Source: an uncultured Acidobacteriota bacterium
GTDB taxonomy: Bacteria; Acidobacteriota; Vicinamibacteria; Vicinamibacterales; UBA2999
Direction of reading: 5' to 3'
Length of the DNA: 64,000 bases
Assembly: GCA_963762925.1 (NCBI GenBank)
Contig: CAVXMP010000003.1
Span: 38,174-102,173 of the forward strand
A program made the position numbers and the translations under genes. Every line of letters starts with the position of its first letter. Positions within the stretch are counted from its first letter, which is position 1. Below are positions 1 to 11,356 of this stretch, piece after piece. The notes beneath the pieces are model-generated. The model saw only the letters and a list, made by a program, of their open reading frames with translations. It did not search any database and was not told the origin of the DNA.

Positions 1-2393
1 CCCGCGCCGGTGGTGACCCGCGCCACCGTATTCAGCGGCACGAGTTTGCCCGTTGAGGAACGGACGTACAGCATCGACAGTGCCGCGGGATCGCGCTGGA
101 ACTCCGGCGCCACGCCCATGATGACTTGATACTGATTATTCGGCGCGTAGATCTGCGAGACCTGGCGCGTGCCGTAGGCGTTGTAGAGCGCCGTCTCGAC
201 TTGATTCACGGTCAAGCCGAGCGACGAGATGCGGTCGCGGTCCAGATCGAGCTGAATCTGCGGATTGTTCAGACGCAGATCGCTGTTGACGTCTTCGATG
301 CCTGGAAGCTCGCGAATCTTGTCCTCGAGCATTGGCGCCGCACGATAGAGCTCGGCCGTGTCGGTGTCCTGCAAGCGTGAATTGATAGGTGCTGCGCGGA
401 CCCTGTTGGCCTCCAAGGTTGATGGGAGGCTGATTGACCATGAACACGCGCACGCCGGGCACCTGCGCGAGCTTCGGACGGAGTCCGGCAATGATTTGAT
501 CGACGGACCGCGTGCGCTCGGCGCGCGGCTTCAGGTCGATCGCGATGCGGCCCTGGTTGAGTCCGCCGCCGCCACCGCCGCCGCCGCCGCCGCCAATGTT
601 GTTGCTGAAACCAAGCGATGTCGGGATCCTGGGCGACGATCTCGGCAACCTCCATCTGGTGCCGCACCATCTCGTCGAAGCCGATGCCCTGAATCGCCTT
701 CGACCGTGATGTCGAAACGACCCTGATCTTCGCTCGGCAGAAACCCTTTGGGAACGAGGACGAACAAGTAGGCCGTGCCGGCGAGGAACAGGAGCGACAC
801 CGCAAAGGTCACCGCCCGGTACTTGAGGCTCAATCGCAGCGACCAGTCGTAGGCGCGCAGCCAGCGTTCGAAGAGGCGTTCGGTCAGGTTGTAGAGCGAC
901 CCGTGACGCTGGGTGTGCGGTGGCTTCAAGAACCGGCTGCACAACATCGGCGTGAGGCTGATCGAGACGAAACCCGACACGATGATGGCGACACCGATCG
1001 TGACGGCGAACTCTTCGAGGAGCCGTCCCACCAGACCGCCCATGAAGAGGACCGGAATGAAGATCGCCACCAGCGAGACGGTCATCGCCACGATGGTGAA
1101 GGCCACTTCCTTCGAGCCCTCATACGACGCGCGCATCGGCGACTTGCCCATCTCCATGTGCCGCACGATGTTTTCCAGCATCACGATCGTGTTGTCGACG
1201 ACAAAGCCGACACTCAGCGTGAGCGCCATCAGCGACAGGTTGTCGAGGCTGTAGTTGAACAGGTACATGACCGCGAAGGTCGCGACCATGGTCACCGGCA
1301 GCGTCAGGCTCGAAATGATCGTCGCGGTCACGCTGCGGAGAAAGATGAAAATCACGGTGACGACGAGCACGAACGTCAAGTACAGGGTGAGCTTGACGTC
1401 ATGCACCGACTCGCGGATCGAAACCGACCGATCGGTGCGCACATCGAGGATCACCGACGGCGGCAGTTGCTCGCGGAACGTCGGGAGCAGGGTCTTGATC
1501 GAATCGACCACCGCGACCACGTTCGTGCCGGGTTGTTTCAGGATCGACAGATTGATGTTGCGCAGCCCACGATAAAAGTTCGCCGACTTGTCCTGTTCGA
1601 TGCCGTCGTAGACGCGCGCCACCTCGCTGAGGCGGACCGGATTGCCGTTGCGATAGGCGATGACCACCGACTCGTAGGCGGCTGCCTTCATCAACTGCCC
1701 GTTGGCGAGCACGGTGAAGGCGCGGTCCGGCCCATACATCGTCCCGGTCGGCAGGTTGACGTTGGCGCTCTGAATCGCGGCGGCGACTTCGTCGATGCCG
1801 ATGCCGCGCGCCGAGAGCTTTCGTGGATCGAGGTCGACCCGCACCGCGTACTTGGCGGCGCCAAACAACTGCACTTGGGCGACGCCGCTCACCATCGAAA
1901 TCCGCTGTCCGATCGTCTCCGCGTATTCGTTGACCGTGGACAAGGGAAGCGTGGCCGACCGGAGCGAAAGGAAAATGACCGGCTGGTCGCCGGGATTGAC
2001 CTTCTGGTACGACGGCGGCGACGGCATCTGCGGCGGAAGCTGACGCGCCGCCCGTGCGATCATCGCCTGCACGTCCTGTGCTGCGGCATCGATGTTGCGA
2101 TTCAGCGCGAACTGCAGGGAGATGTTGGTGCTGCCCTGCGAGCTGGTCGAGTTGACCGAGTCGAGGCCGGCAATCGTCGCGAACTGTTTTTCGAGCGGCA
2201 GCGCCACCGCCGACGCCATGGTCTCTGGACTCGCGCCCGGGAGACTCGCCTGCACCTGAATGTTGGGGAAGTCGACGGTTGGCAGATCGCTGACCGGCAG
2301 CAGCGTGTACGACATCGCGCCGAAGACGACGATGCCCAGCATGATGAGGGTCGTCGTGATCGGCCGTTTGATGAAGAGCTCGGCGAAATTCAT
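1..2393 (-). pseudogene. RND (HAE1/AcrB-type) efflux permease; 3' end runs off the window; frame broken at least 3 times
   Basis: Starts MNFAELFIKRPITTTLIMLGIVVFGAMSY, a classic AcrB-family N-terminus, in ORF 531-2393. The rest is readable only by switching minus frames near ~698 (FDITVE|AIQGIGFDEMVRHQ), ~630 (DPDIA|SLGFSNNIGG) and ~392 (QFTL|QDTDTAELYRAAPMLEDKIRELPGIEDVNSDLRLNNPQIQLDLDRDRISSLGLTV... to base 1). Confidence 0.85.
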
Positions 2394-3527
2394 GATCCCG
2401 CCTTTCCGGCGCTGGCCCCACGCAGGTTGACGCGACTGCCCGGCACCAGCCGCAGATGCCCGTCGGTGATGACGGTGTCACCGGCGGTCAGTCCATCCTT
2501 AATCACCGACTCGGTTCCCGCAACCCGCGCCACGGTGACGGGCCGCAACTCCACGGTCTCGTCCGCCTTCACGAGGTACACGTACGAGCCATCCGGACCT
2601 GTCTGGACGGCAATCGACGGCACCACGATCGCCTCGGATTCAGTTGTCATGCGCACAACAACGTTGACGAACTGGCCGGGCCAGAGCCATCGATCCTCGT
2701 TGGGAAACGTCGCCTTTGATCTTGATCGTTCCAGTCGTTTGATCGACCGCGTTGTCGACGAACGTAATGCGGCCAAGGGCGCGAGGGCCATCGCCACTGG
2801 CGGGACGCGCCTCGACGCGCAGCGACCCTTGCGCCATATAGCGCCTCAAGTCCGACAACAACGACTCGGGGAAGGCAAACGCGACGTAGATCGGCGTGAC
2901 CTGATTGATCGTGACGAGTGGCATCTGGTCGTTGGCTCGCACCAGGTTGCCGACGTTGACCATGAGCGCGCCGGTTCGTCCTGAGATCGGCGCGCGGATG
3001 GTGGCGTACTGGAGCTGCACCTTCGCGTTCTCGACCGTCGCGCGATGGGCGGCGAGTGTGGCCTCGAGCGCGGCGACGCTGGTCCGCGCCGTGTCGCGCT
3101 GCTCGGGCGCGACGATGCCGCGCTGCGTCAGTTCCTCATACCGCTGCACGATCACTTTGGCATTCGCGGCCTGGGCCGAATCCCGTTCGAGATTCGCGGT
3201 GGCTTGCAGCAGCGCCGCTTCGAGAGGCCGCCGGTCAAGCGTGAAGAGTTCTTGCCCCGCCTGGACGTCGTCTCCCTGCCGGAAATTGACCGAGGTGAGC
3301 TCGCCGGTAATCTGGGCGCGAACGACGACCGTGGAATACGCCTCGACGGTGCCGATCACGCTCACTTCGAGCGGCATGTCCTTGCGGACCGCGGCGGTCG
3401 CGGTGACGGGTACCGCCGGGGCTGGCGCGTCCTGCTGAGGTTGGACCGCCTGCCCTTCTGAACATGCGACGGCCACCACCGTCGTGCTGATAACCAATCC
3501 CACAACGAGCCGACGGGCGAAACGCAT
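2390..3527 (-). CDS. RND efflux periplasmic adaptor (membrane-fusion protein, HlyD/AcrA family); one frame break
   Basis: MRFARRLVVGLVISTTVVAVAC signal/lipobox, then coiled-coil and barrel-sandwich core (LEAALLQATANLERDSAQAANAKV, RAPISGRTG). The C-terminal part is in ORF 2390-2797, with a frame switch near ~2716 (TGTIKIK|ATFPNEDRWLWPGQFV). Its stop overlaps the RND start as ATGA at 2390-2393. Confidence 0.8.
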
Positions 3528-3671
3528 CACGAAAGCCCTTGAAAACCGGGAAAATGACGGGAACCGACGAGTCATTAAAACACAATGCCCGGGGAGGCGT
3601 TGTAACAGGATGTACGCTCAGGATACCCGGGGGCCGGAGGGCCTATCCACGCCTGCGGAGATTGATTCAGC

Positions 3672-4175
3672 ATGAAGACCCTGCTCGTTCTCAGGCACGC
3701 CAAGTCGAGCTGGAGCGATACCCGGCTTGACGATCACGAGCGCCCGCTAAACGCGCGGGGCGAACGCGACGGCCCCCGCATGGGCGAGCTCATACGTAGC
3801 CACCGGCTCACGCCGGACGTGATTATCAGCTCCGACGCGACGCGCGCGCGATCGACGGCTGAGGCCGCGGCCGAGGCGGCTGGCTACACCGGCAAGATCC
3901 TCCTCGAGAACCTTCTCTATGGCGCAGGCGCGGCCGACATCATCGCCGTGCTCCGCACGGTGTCCGAGGCAGGCGCCAGCATCGTGCTGATCGTCGGGCA
4001 CAATCCTGGCCTCGAGCAACTGGTCACCGAGTTAACGGGGGAAGACGAGGATCTCCCGACCGCCGCCCTGGCGCAGATCCTCCTGCCGATCGAGCGCTGG
4101 CGCGATCTCGACGTGTCGACGCGCGGGACGCTCCAAGGGCTCTGGCGGCCGAAGGATCTGACAGAAGAGGCATGA
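3672..4175 (+). CDS. histidine phosphatase family protein (SixA-like phosphohistidine phosphatase)
   Basis: Intact 167-aa ORF. It has the N-terminal LVLRHAKSSW catalytic RHA motif and a later VGHNPGLEQL motif typical of the SixA/PGAM branch. Confidence 0.7.
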   Translation: MKTLLVLRHAKSSWSDTRLDDHERPLNARGERDGPRMGELIRSHRLTPDVIISSDATRARSTAEAAAEAAGYTGKILLENLLYGAGAADIIAVLRTVSEAGASIVLIVGHNPGLEQLVTELTGEDEDLPTAALAQILLPIERWRDLDVSTRGTLQGLWRPKDLTEEA

Positions 4176-4213
4176 GTCAACGCTGATGCTGGCCACGATC
4201 CTCGCCGCCACTT

Positions 4214-4636
4214 CTAGAGACCAGGGCCCTTCGGCAGGTTGGCGACCCAAGCTTCGTCGTCGACCTTCCACGCGCCGCCTTCCTGTACCAGCGTCGCGGA
4301 CCCGCTCGTCTGCTGGCCGTCGGCGGCCTTGGCGGTCATCTCGAAGCGCGCCTTGCCCCCGTCGACGTGCTGCTTGGTCACCTTCACGTCGGTGAGGGTT
4401 CGGCGGTTCATCTTGAGGTAATTTGCCTGCATCTCCTTTGGCATCTTGCTCAGCCCGTCGCTCAACTCTTTGGTGTAGTAAGGCAACAGCGCCTGGAGCG
4501 AGTCGGCCTTCGCGAGCACCGCGAGGTATTGCTTGTAGAACTCGAAAGGGTCCTTCGTCTGGTCATGCGCGGCGCCGATGAGTCCGATCGACGCGGCCAA
4601 TACGATCGCGAGACGTGTGGTGCCGATGTGTGTCAT
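4214..4636 (-). CDS. hypothetical secreted protein
   Basis: ORF 4214-4711. Likely start at MTHIGTTRLAIVLAASIGLIGAA (signal-peptide-like). No family recognised. Confidence 0.5.
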   Translation of the reverse strand: MTHIGTTRLAIVLAASIGLIGAAHDQTKDPFEFYKQYLAVLAKADSLQALLPYYTKELSDGLSKMPKEMQANYLKMNRRTLTDVKVTKQHVDGGKARFEMTAKAADGQQTSGSATLVQEGGAWKVDDEAWVANLPKGPGL

Positions 4637-4744
4637 GAGATTCTCCCGAGGCGATGCGGGCCGTCCACCTGCCATGATCGACGCTCGTGGATCAAAGGTG
4701 TGGAACGTCACGTCCTTGGCGCATTACCTGCATCCTTACCGAAC

Positions 4745-5227
4745 ATGAAGCACCGCGCCTTGGCTATACCGTTCGCTCTGCTCGTTGTTACCGCCCCGTT
4801 GCTCCCTCAGGTATATGCGCAAGGGCAGCCGCCGAACAGCGCGAAGGCAGATCAGCCTGAGATGCTGCTGACAGGTTGCCTTCGCAGCGGTGGTGCCGAC
4901 ACGGCCGTGGCGGGGCCAAGTGGACGACTTTACACGTTGGAAGTCACTGAAAACGCTGCACCGGTGCCTGCCGGGTCCCCGACACCAGCGGGCTCGGCCA
5001 CGCCGTCGCCCATCACCTATTCTCTGTCGGCTGGTCCGTCGATCGGTCTTGCCAAATACGTCGACCAGGTCGTCGAGCTCACCGGCCGCCTGCAAGCGCC
5101 CGCACCGCCTGCCGATCAAGCGAAGTCGTCGTCACCATCCCCGGCTGCGCCAGCCAAGCCCGGCGGCGCCCATCGCACGTTTCAAGTTTCGGCGTTAAAA
5201 CCCGTGTCGTCGCGGAAGTGTTCGTAA
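4745..5227 (+). CDS. hypothetical secreted Pro/Ala-rich protein
   Basis: In-frame ATG inside ORF 4367-5227 gives MKHRALAIPFALLVVTAPLLPQVYAQG (signal peptide). Low-complexity P/A/S-rich C-terminal half. No family recognised. Confidence 0.5.
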   Translation: MKHRALAIPFALLVVTAPLLPQVYAQGQPPNSAKADQPEMLLTGCLRSGGADTAVAGPSGRLYTLEVTENAAPVPAGSPTPAGSATPSPITYSLSAGPSIGLAKYVDQVVELTGRLQAPAPPADQAKSSSPSPAAPAKPGGAHRTFQVSALKPVSSRKCS

Positions 5228-5356
5228 CACGTTTTTGATTGGCTCGCCGACGAAACGAGCCGGGCCGCTCAACACGAGATCCACCTCGCCATCTGCAGTA
5301 CCTGTGTCATCTGCGGCCACCTATCTGTGGCCATCGGCGGCTTCGACGAGCCGACC

Positions 5357-6954
5357 CTAATCTCTCGTCGCGCCCGGGCGCTCGCTCTCGACGACGAGGG
5401 CGCCGGCCGTGCGGACGGGCGCCCCGGCAACGCTGACGCGATCGACGACCTTGAACTCGGCCCGCATCGTCGCCGGTGTTGCGCTACAGGCAATATAGCC
5501 ACGGCGACTGCTGTGAAAGCGAAGGTGTGGATTGTGCTGCCGCAGCGATTCCCACGCGAGGGATACCTCGCTTCCGTCGCCGCCCGAGGTGATCGACGAG
5601 TTCGTGAATTCGACGCCGACCGTCGCCGATTTTGGATCGGCGAAGTTCATTTTCAAGTCCGCGCCGTAGTGCACGTGCACGTCGCCCGACAGCGCGATAG
5701 GGTTTGGCGCTTTGGTTTCCAGGAGACGTGCGAACACACGCTGACGCGATGCGGTGTAGCCATCCCACTTATCCATCGAAAATCGCGTATCCGGATGTGC
5801 GTTCGGGCCGTTGTCGCGCGCGAACATCGGCACTTGCTGGCCGAGCACAGTCCAGCGCGCTCGCGGGGTCGCAAGCTGCTCGAAGAGCCACTGCTCCTGC
5901 TCCATCCCAAGAATGGAGCGCGCCGGATCACTCGCCGCCGCGCAGTTGCGCGCCGGCCCGTGACCGCACGCCTGGTCATTGCGGTACTGCCGCGTGTCCA
6001 GCACATTGAAATCGATCAGGCTCCCGAACGCCAGTCGGCGATAGAGCTGCAGCCGAGGGCCGTAGGGCAACGACGCGGCACGGAGCGGCATGTGCTCGAA
6101 GTAGGCCTGATACGCCGCCGCCCTGCGGAGTAGAAACACCTCGGACGGCGTGTCGTTCTCGTCGACCAGGCCTGCGTAGTCGTTCTCGACCTCATGATCG
6201 TCCCAGCTCACCACGAAAGGCGCCGACAGATGCGCGGCCAGTAGATCGGGATCCGATTTGTACTGCGCGTAGCGGTTGCGATAGTCGACCAGGGTGTAGA
6301 TTTCCTGCCCATGATGTTCGCGGACGACATTGGGGTTGTCGGCGCGATAGGCACGGCCTTCGTAGATGTAGTCGCCGGTGTGGAACACGAAATCGAACTG
6401 CTCGGTCGCGAGGTGGCGGTACGCCGTGAAGTAGCCCGACTCGTACTTACTGCACCCGCACACGCCAAAACGGAGACGGTCAACCACGGCGCCGGCTGCG
6501 GGAGCCGTGACCGGTACGCCCTATCTGGCTCACTTCGCCGCCGGCGTGGAAGCGATAAAAATACTCGCGGCCGGGGTCCAGTCCAGCGATCTCGGCCCGA
6601 ACGCTGTGACCAAGTTCAGGGCGAGCGATGACCACACCCTTCCTGATCACGGCGCGAAAATCCGGCGTCGACGCGATCTCCCAGCCGACTTCCACCGCAA
6701 CAAGAGGCATGCCTCCGCCTTCGAGCGGTTCGGGGGCGAGACGCGTCCACAAGACGACCCCGTCGGGCATCGGATCGCCGGACGCAACACCGAGCGTGAA
6801 TGGATAGGCTCGAAAACTTCGGTTGCCCCAGGACGCGCGTCGAACCGAGCGGATAGAGAACTGCCGCCGCGCCAAGTTTCCACGCCACGTTCAAGACCTG
6901 GCGCCGGGACAGCCGAGCGAGTGCGCGGTCGTAGTAGCGAAGGCTATCGGTCAC
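5357..6954 (-). CDS. phoD: alkaline phosphatase D (PhoD family) with Tat signal; two frame breaks
   Basis: SRRQVLNVAWKLGAAAV twin-arginine signal (ORF 6616-6954). PFTLGVASGDP...VVLWTRL (ORF 6480-6875). Metallophosphatase core FVFHTGDYIYE, SWDDHEVENDY, SGDVHVHY (ORF 5357-6487). Frame switches near ~6820 and ~6525. Confidence 0.85.
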
Positions 6955-6967
6955 GTCATCTCGCGAT

Positions 6968-8332
6968 TCATCGAAGCGCGTCAGTCAGCACGCGGCCCGT
7001 GGCCTTCGGGAGCTCCACCCCGAGTAAGCGGGCGATGGTCGGCGCCACGTCCACGTTGCGCACATGACCAATGCTGCGATTCTGTGCGATGCCGGCACCA
7101 GACAATACGAGCGCCGCGTGCATGGCCGCGTCCTCGGGAAAATAGCCATGCCCGTGATACGCACGCGTGCGCAGTCGTCGCCGTGTGTCAGACGAGCCTC
7201 GGATCGAGCACCAGGTGCGTTTTGATGTCTCCGGCGATGAGATAGTGCCCGGGAACGTACGGGCTCTCGCCGTACTCCGGGTAACCCAGGGCGCCGAACT
7301 CACCCGGACGAACGATGCGCGCGACGCCGGACGTGGCTGACGCACGCGTGAGCACGCGTTCGAGGGCAGCGCCGTCGCGTGCGGCGTTGAATTCCGGCAA
7401 CAACTCGCCCCACACGTACCAGCCGTCGGCCGCCCATCGCACACGCCCTTTGAATGCGGCGTCCTCGAGGACCGGCGCCAGATTGAGCTCGTCGCGCACG
7501 GTTACGAATCCATGGTCGGCGGCGACGATGATCGTCGTGCGATCCGCGAGACCGGACTCCTCGAACCGCTTGACGGATCAGTCCCACGCAGTGATCGGCG
7601 GCCGTCAGCGCGGCGTGCGAGAGGTAGTGATCGGGACCGAATTCATGCTGAACCTTATCGGTGATCAACAGGTGCAGCGCGAGCAGCGCCGGCTGACGGG
7701 CCTTCAGGATGTAAGCAGCGGCCTGCGTCAAGGCCAGATCAGCGGCCCCTTGCCCAAACGGATCGTCGTAAAAGCTGAAATAGCTGTCGATCGGCACTCG
7801 AGCTTTGCGCAACTCCGCCATCAGTGCCGGCGAGATCGCGGCTGGGTCTGCCATTTCCTTGTCGTCGAACACCTCGGCGAAGTTGTCGTCGATGGACGTG
7901 TCGTCCTTCGTCTCGGGCCAGAACAGCGCCGCAGTACGGCGGCCCTGCTGGTGCACCGCGTCAAAGAGCGTCGGCACTTTGATCGACTCGCGTCGCGGCA
8001 GGTTCGTGATGTGGAGCCGGTTGCCAGTGCGCCGATCCACAAGGCGGTTATTGATGACACCGTGGTGGCGCGGTGTCGTGCCGGTAATCAGGGTCGTGTG
8101 CGCAGGGTGCGTGACGCTCGGAAAGACCGTCTCGCTCGTCGCGCGCACACCGGCGGCTGCCAGCGCGCGAATGTTCGGGGAGATCGATGGCGGCATTGAC
8201 GACATGAAACGCGGCCAGCCCGTCGATCGAGATCAAGATGACATGGCGCCGAAGAGCGTCGCGCTCCTGAACGGCCGTGGTACTCGCGCCTGCAAACGCG
8301 AGTACTGCGACCAGTGCCGTGACTCGTCTCAT
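6968..8332 (-). pseudogene. ectonucleotide pyrophosphatase/phosphodiesterase-type (alkaline-phosphatase superfamily) enzyme; at least 3 frame breaks
   Basis: Signal peptide plus ILISIDGL (ORF 8048-8332). PNIRALAAAGV...FPSVTHPAHTTLITG (7300-8205). IIVAADHGF...(7188-7499). YHGHGYFPEDAAMHAALVLSGAG...TIARLLGVELP (6968-7444). The four pieces lie in different minus frames. Confidence 0.75.
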
Positions 8333-8447
8333 TTAACCCCTCAGTTCACTTGAGTTGACGATTCCATCAGCTCGAACGCTCGCGCTTTGTGCCGGTTTCG
8401 GCCGGATCATCGAGCCGATAGTATGACCACGCAAGTGCATTGTGGGG

Positions 8448-11275
8448 TTAGAACCGCCAGTCGATGCCGGCGTAGAAGTCGCGCGAGTAGATCTCGTGCG
8501 CAGTGCGTCGATTCTCTGTCGCCGCGTAGCGGATGCGCGGTTCGTCATTGAGGTTACGCGCTTCGACGAAACCGCGGAACATCCGCGCCAGCGGGAAGCT
8601 CACCTTCGCATCGATCGGCGCATACCAGTCGGCGTAGATGTCCGCCTCAGAGGTTGCGCCGATCGGAGCCAAGCGCCGGGCCCTGGAACGACACCGACAC
8701 CTGCGCTTCAACTCCGTACTTGCGATACAGCAGCGCGGCGTTGCCGATGTGATCCGACTGCTTGAAGAACGGCAGGTCTTGATCGCGACCGAACACGGTC
8801 ACGGACGAATCGGTCCACGTGTAATTGAGATTCGTGCCCAAGCCGTCGAACGGCGAGGGCAGCGCGCTGAACACCGTCTGGTAGTTGAATTCGACGCCGG
8901 CGATATGTCCGCGGTCGGCATTCTCTGGGCGCGACAATCCGAAGCGCGCATACGTGCGCCCGTTGTGAACGACATTTGTCTTCCGTCACGCTGCGGTCGT
9001 AGATCGGGTTGTCGATGTGCTTGTAGAACGGCGCAATCGAGAGCAGGCCCGACGGCAGGTAGTACTCGAACGACACGTCGAGGTTCATCGACTCGTAGGG
9101 CTTGAGCTCGGCATTGCCGGTCGAGAGGCTGCCGACAAACGATCCGTCCGACTCCTGCACTTCGTCGAGGATGCTGATGGGCGCGAGATCGGCGTATGCG
9201 GGTCGGCCCAGCGTGTTGGTCCAGGCTGCTCGCACCGTGAATGCGTTGGTGCGGAAAGAAATTGAGGTGCACACCCGGCAGCACGTCAACGTAGTCGGTC
9301 GCGCCAGTGGCGGGAATGGTTCGGCCGGTAAACGCCCCGTTGGCGAAGATCAACTCGTGCGCGGCATAATCGGCCCGCGTGGCCTCGAGGCGCACACCCG
9401 CCATCAGGTTCCACCGCGTGAAGTCGACGCCGACCATGCCATACCCCGCGACCACGCGCTCATCCGCCGTGAAATCCTGCTCGACGGAGTTCTGGCTCGT
9501 CGTCAACGCATCGAAGACAAAGCGCGAGGGGTTCGCCGCGAAGAACTCCTGCAGCCCGGCCAGATTCAGCGTCGGGCCGAAGCGGAAATTCCCCTGAAAG
9601 AAGTCGTCGGGCCGCCTGGCCGCCGAGCCCGAAGTCGGCCAGCGTGAACGCCTGCGCGCCGGCATTGTAGTTATCGTTGGTGCGATCCTGCGGTCTTGTC
9701 GCGGGTGACGACCTTGCCACCCGCTTTCCAGTATCCCGGGCGCGCCCCGAACGTTGCCACGCGCTTGACGTTGAGCTCGCCGGTCAGCACGTCTTCCCGT
9801 TCGAGATCCTCACGGTAGCGCACGCGGCGGAACGGATATGCCGCACCAGAGTAGAAGTTCTCGGACGGTGTGACTCGCACCAGCTCGGGGTCCGAGACGT
9901 CATAGCGGTTTGGGAAGGCGTTCGCAGCCGAGCGAAACTCCCAGTCCACACGGAACGGCGTCTCACGTTCGCCGCGGCTCGCGCCGATGTTCCAATCGAT
10001 CGTCGACCGCGTCAGCTCGTGCGTGCCGGCGATCATCGCCTGCGTTGATCAAATGCTGCTGGTTGTAGTCGCGGTACTCACGCGTCGCGCGGCCTTGACT
10101 GAAATTGCCGCTCGTCGGCGTCTGGTTCGTCAGCGTTCCGCGCGTGAGGTCGAGCTCGGTCTGCTGGCGGCCTTCCGTGTCCTCGAAACGATTGTGATTG
10201 AGACGGAACGCAACGCGAATGCGCTTTCGTCGGCCGGTATTCGACCGCCGCATTGACGCCCTGGCGGCGCCGGTTGAGATCGTAGAGGAAGAACGCCTGA
10301 TTCTGCGGGACGAATGAGCCGCCGAAGTCGGCCCAGGTGTCGGCCACCCGAAACAACTCCGATTCGTAGCGACGCTGCGAGTAACTCGCGCCGAGCACGA
10401 GGCCCCAGTGTTGCGACGCGCCGAGCACGCGGCCGAACGAGACGCTCCCGGTAAACGGCGCGCGGCCGCTCATGTCGTTGTAACCGGACCGCAGCGATCC
10501 GAACAGGAACCCGCCTGGCATGTCGAAGGCGCCCGAGCGTGGCGATGTTGATCGATGCGCCAATGGCATTGGCATCCATGTCGGGACGGACAGCCTTGAC
10601 CACCTCGAGCCGCGAAATCAGATCGGCGGGCACGGCGTCCATCGACACACCGCGCGTGCCGAACTCTGCGGGGGTGCCGATCACTTGGCCGTTGAGGGTG
10701 ACGTTGTTCAGGCTGGCGTCGATGCCGCGCACGACCACGAAGCGCCCTTCGCCCTGATCGATTTCCATCGACACACCAGGGATCCGTCGAAGCGCTTCCG
10801 CGGCGTTTGCGTCGGGAAAGCGCCCGACGGAATCCGCCGACACCACATCCATGATCGATGGCGCTGAGCGCTTTTCGTCGCGCGCCAGCGCGGTGCCGGC
10901 CGTCACTGAGACCAACTCGTTGACCCCGGCGAGCGGCAACTCGAAGTCAACCCGCGTGGTATCGCCCACCGTTGCGAACACGTCGCGACGTTCCTGAGTC
11001 GCAAACCCCGCCATGTTCACGGTAATTCTGTAGGGGCCGCCCGGACGAACTCCCGAAAGCGAAAACCGCCCATCCGGCCCCGTCGTCGCTTCGAGGGTCG
11101 CGCCAGTGGGAAGATGCAGGGCGACGACGACTGCGCCTGGCAGTGCACCGCCCTGTGCGTCGGTCACCTGGCCCGAGAGCGTGGCCTGCGGTTGAGCGGA
11201 TACAGGAGTATGGAGAATAGCGAACGTTGCGACGAGTGCGATGACTCGCAAGGTCGATAGCGAAGCGATTTTCAT
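8448..11275 (-). pseudogene. TonB-dependent receptor-type outer-membrane protein with carboxypeptidase-regulatory-like N-terminal domain; at least 8 frame breaks
   Basis: MKIASLSTLRVIALVATFAILHTPVSAQ signal. LSGQVTDAQGGALPGAVVVALHLPTGATLEATTGPDGRFSLSGVRPGGPYRITV (CarbopepD_reg-like). Plug motifs (DANAAEALRRIPGVSMEIDQGEGRFVVVRGID). Beta-barrel pieces spread over ORFs 10078-10575, 9963-10253, 9671-10036, 9460-9720, 8799-9665, 8708-9289, 8647-8937 and 8448-8711. Ends ...FYAGIDWRF with a terminal aromatic residue. Confidence 0.8.
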
Positions 11276-11356
11276 AGAACTAAAACTATAGCGCCCGTGC
11301 GTAACAGCGGTGTCGCGCGGCGGTAAACCCGTGTAGAGGGACACGGGCGCCGCAGC

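Noticed and set aside
903-2984. 693-aa plus-strand ORF. Similar long ORFs occur at 14837-15958 (+), 22444-23520 (-), 55598-56719 (+), 59878-61002 (-) and 37992-38882 (-).
   Set aside because: Each lies antisense to a gene with clear family motifs. Their translations are Arg/His/Asp/Gly-rich low-complexity strings with no family resemblance. These are typical shadow ORFs of GC-rich DNA.
5243-5263. Hairpin GGCTCG-ccgacgaaa-CGAGCC between convergent genes, as an intrinsic terminator
   Set aside because: The stem is only 6 bp. The T-run lies on the wrong side for the plus-strand gene, and an A-run follows it on the minus strand.
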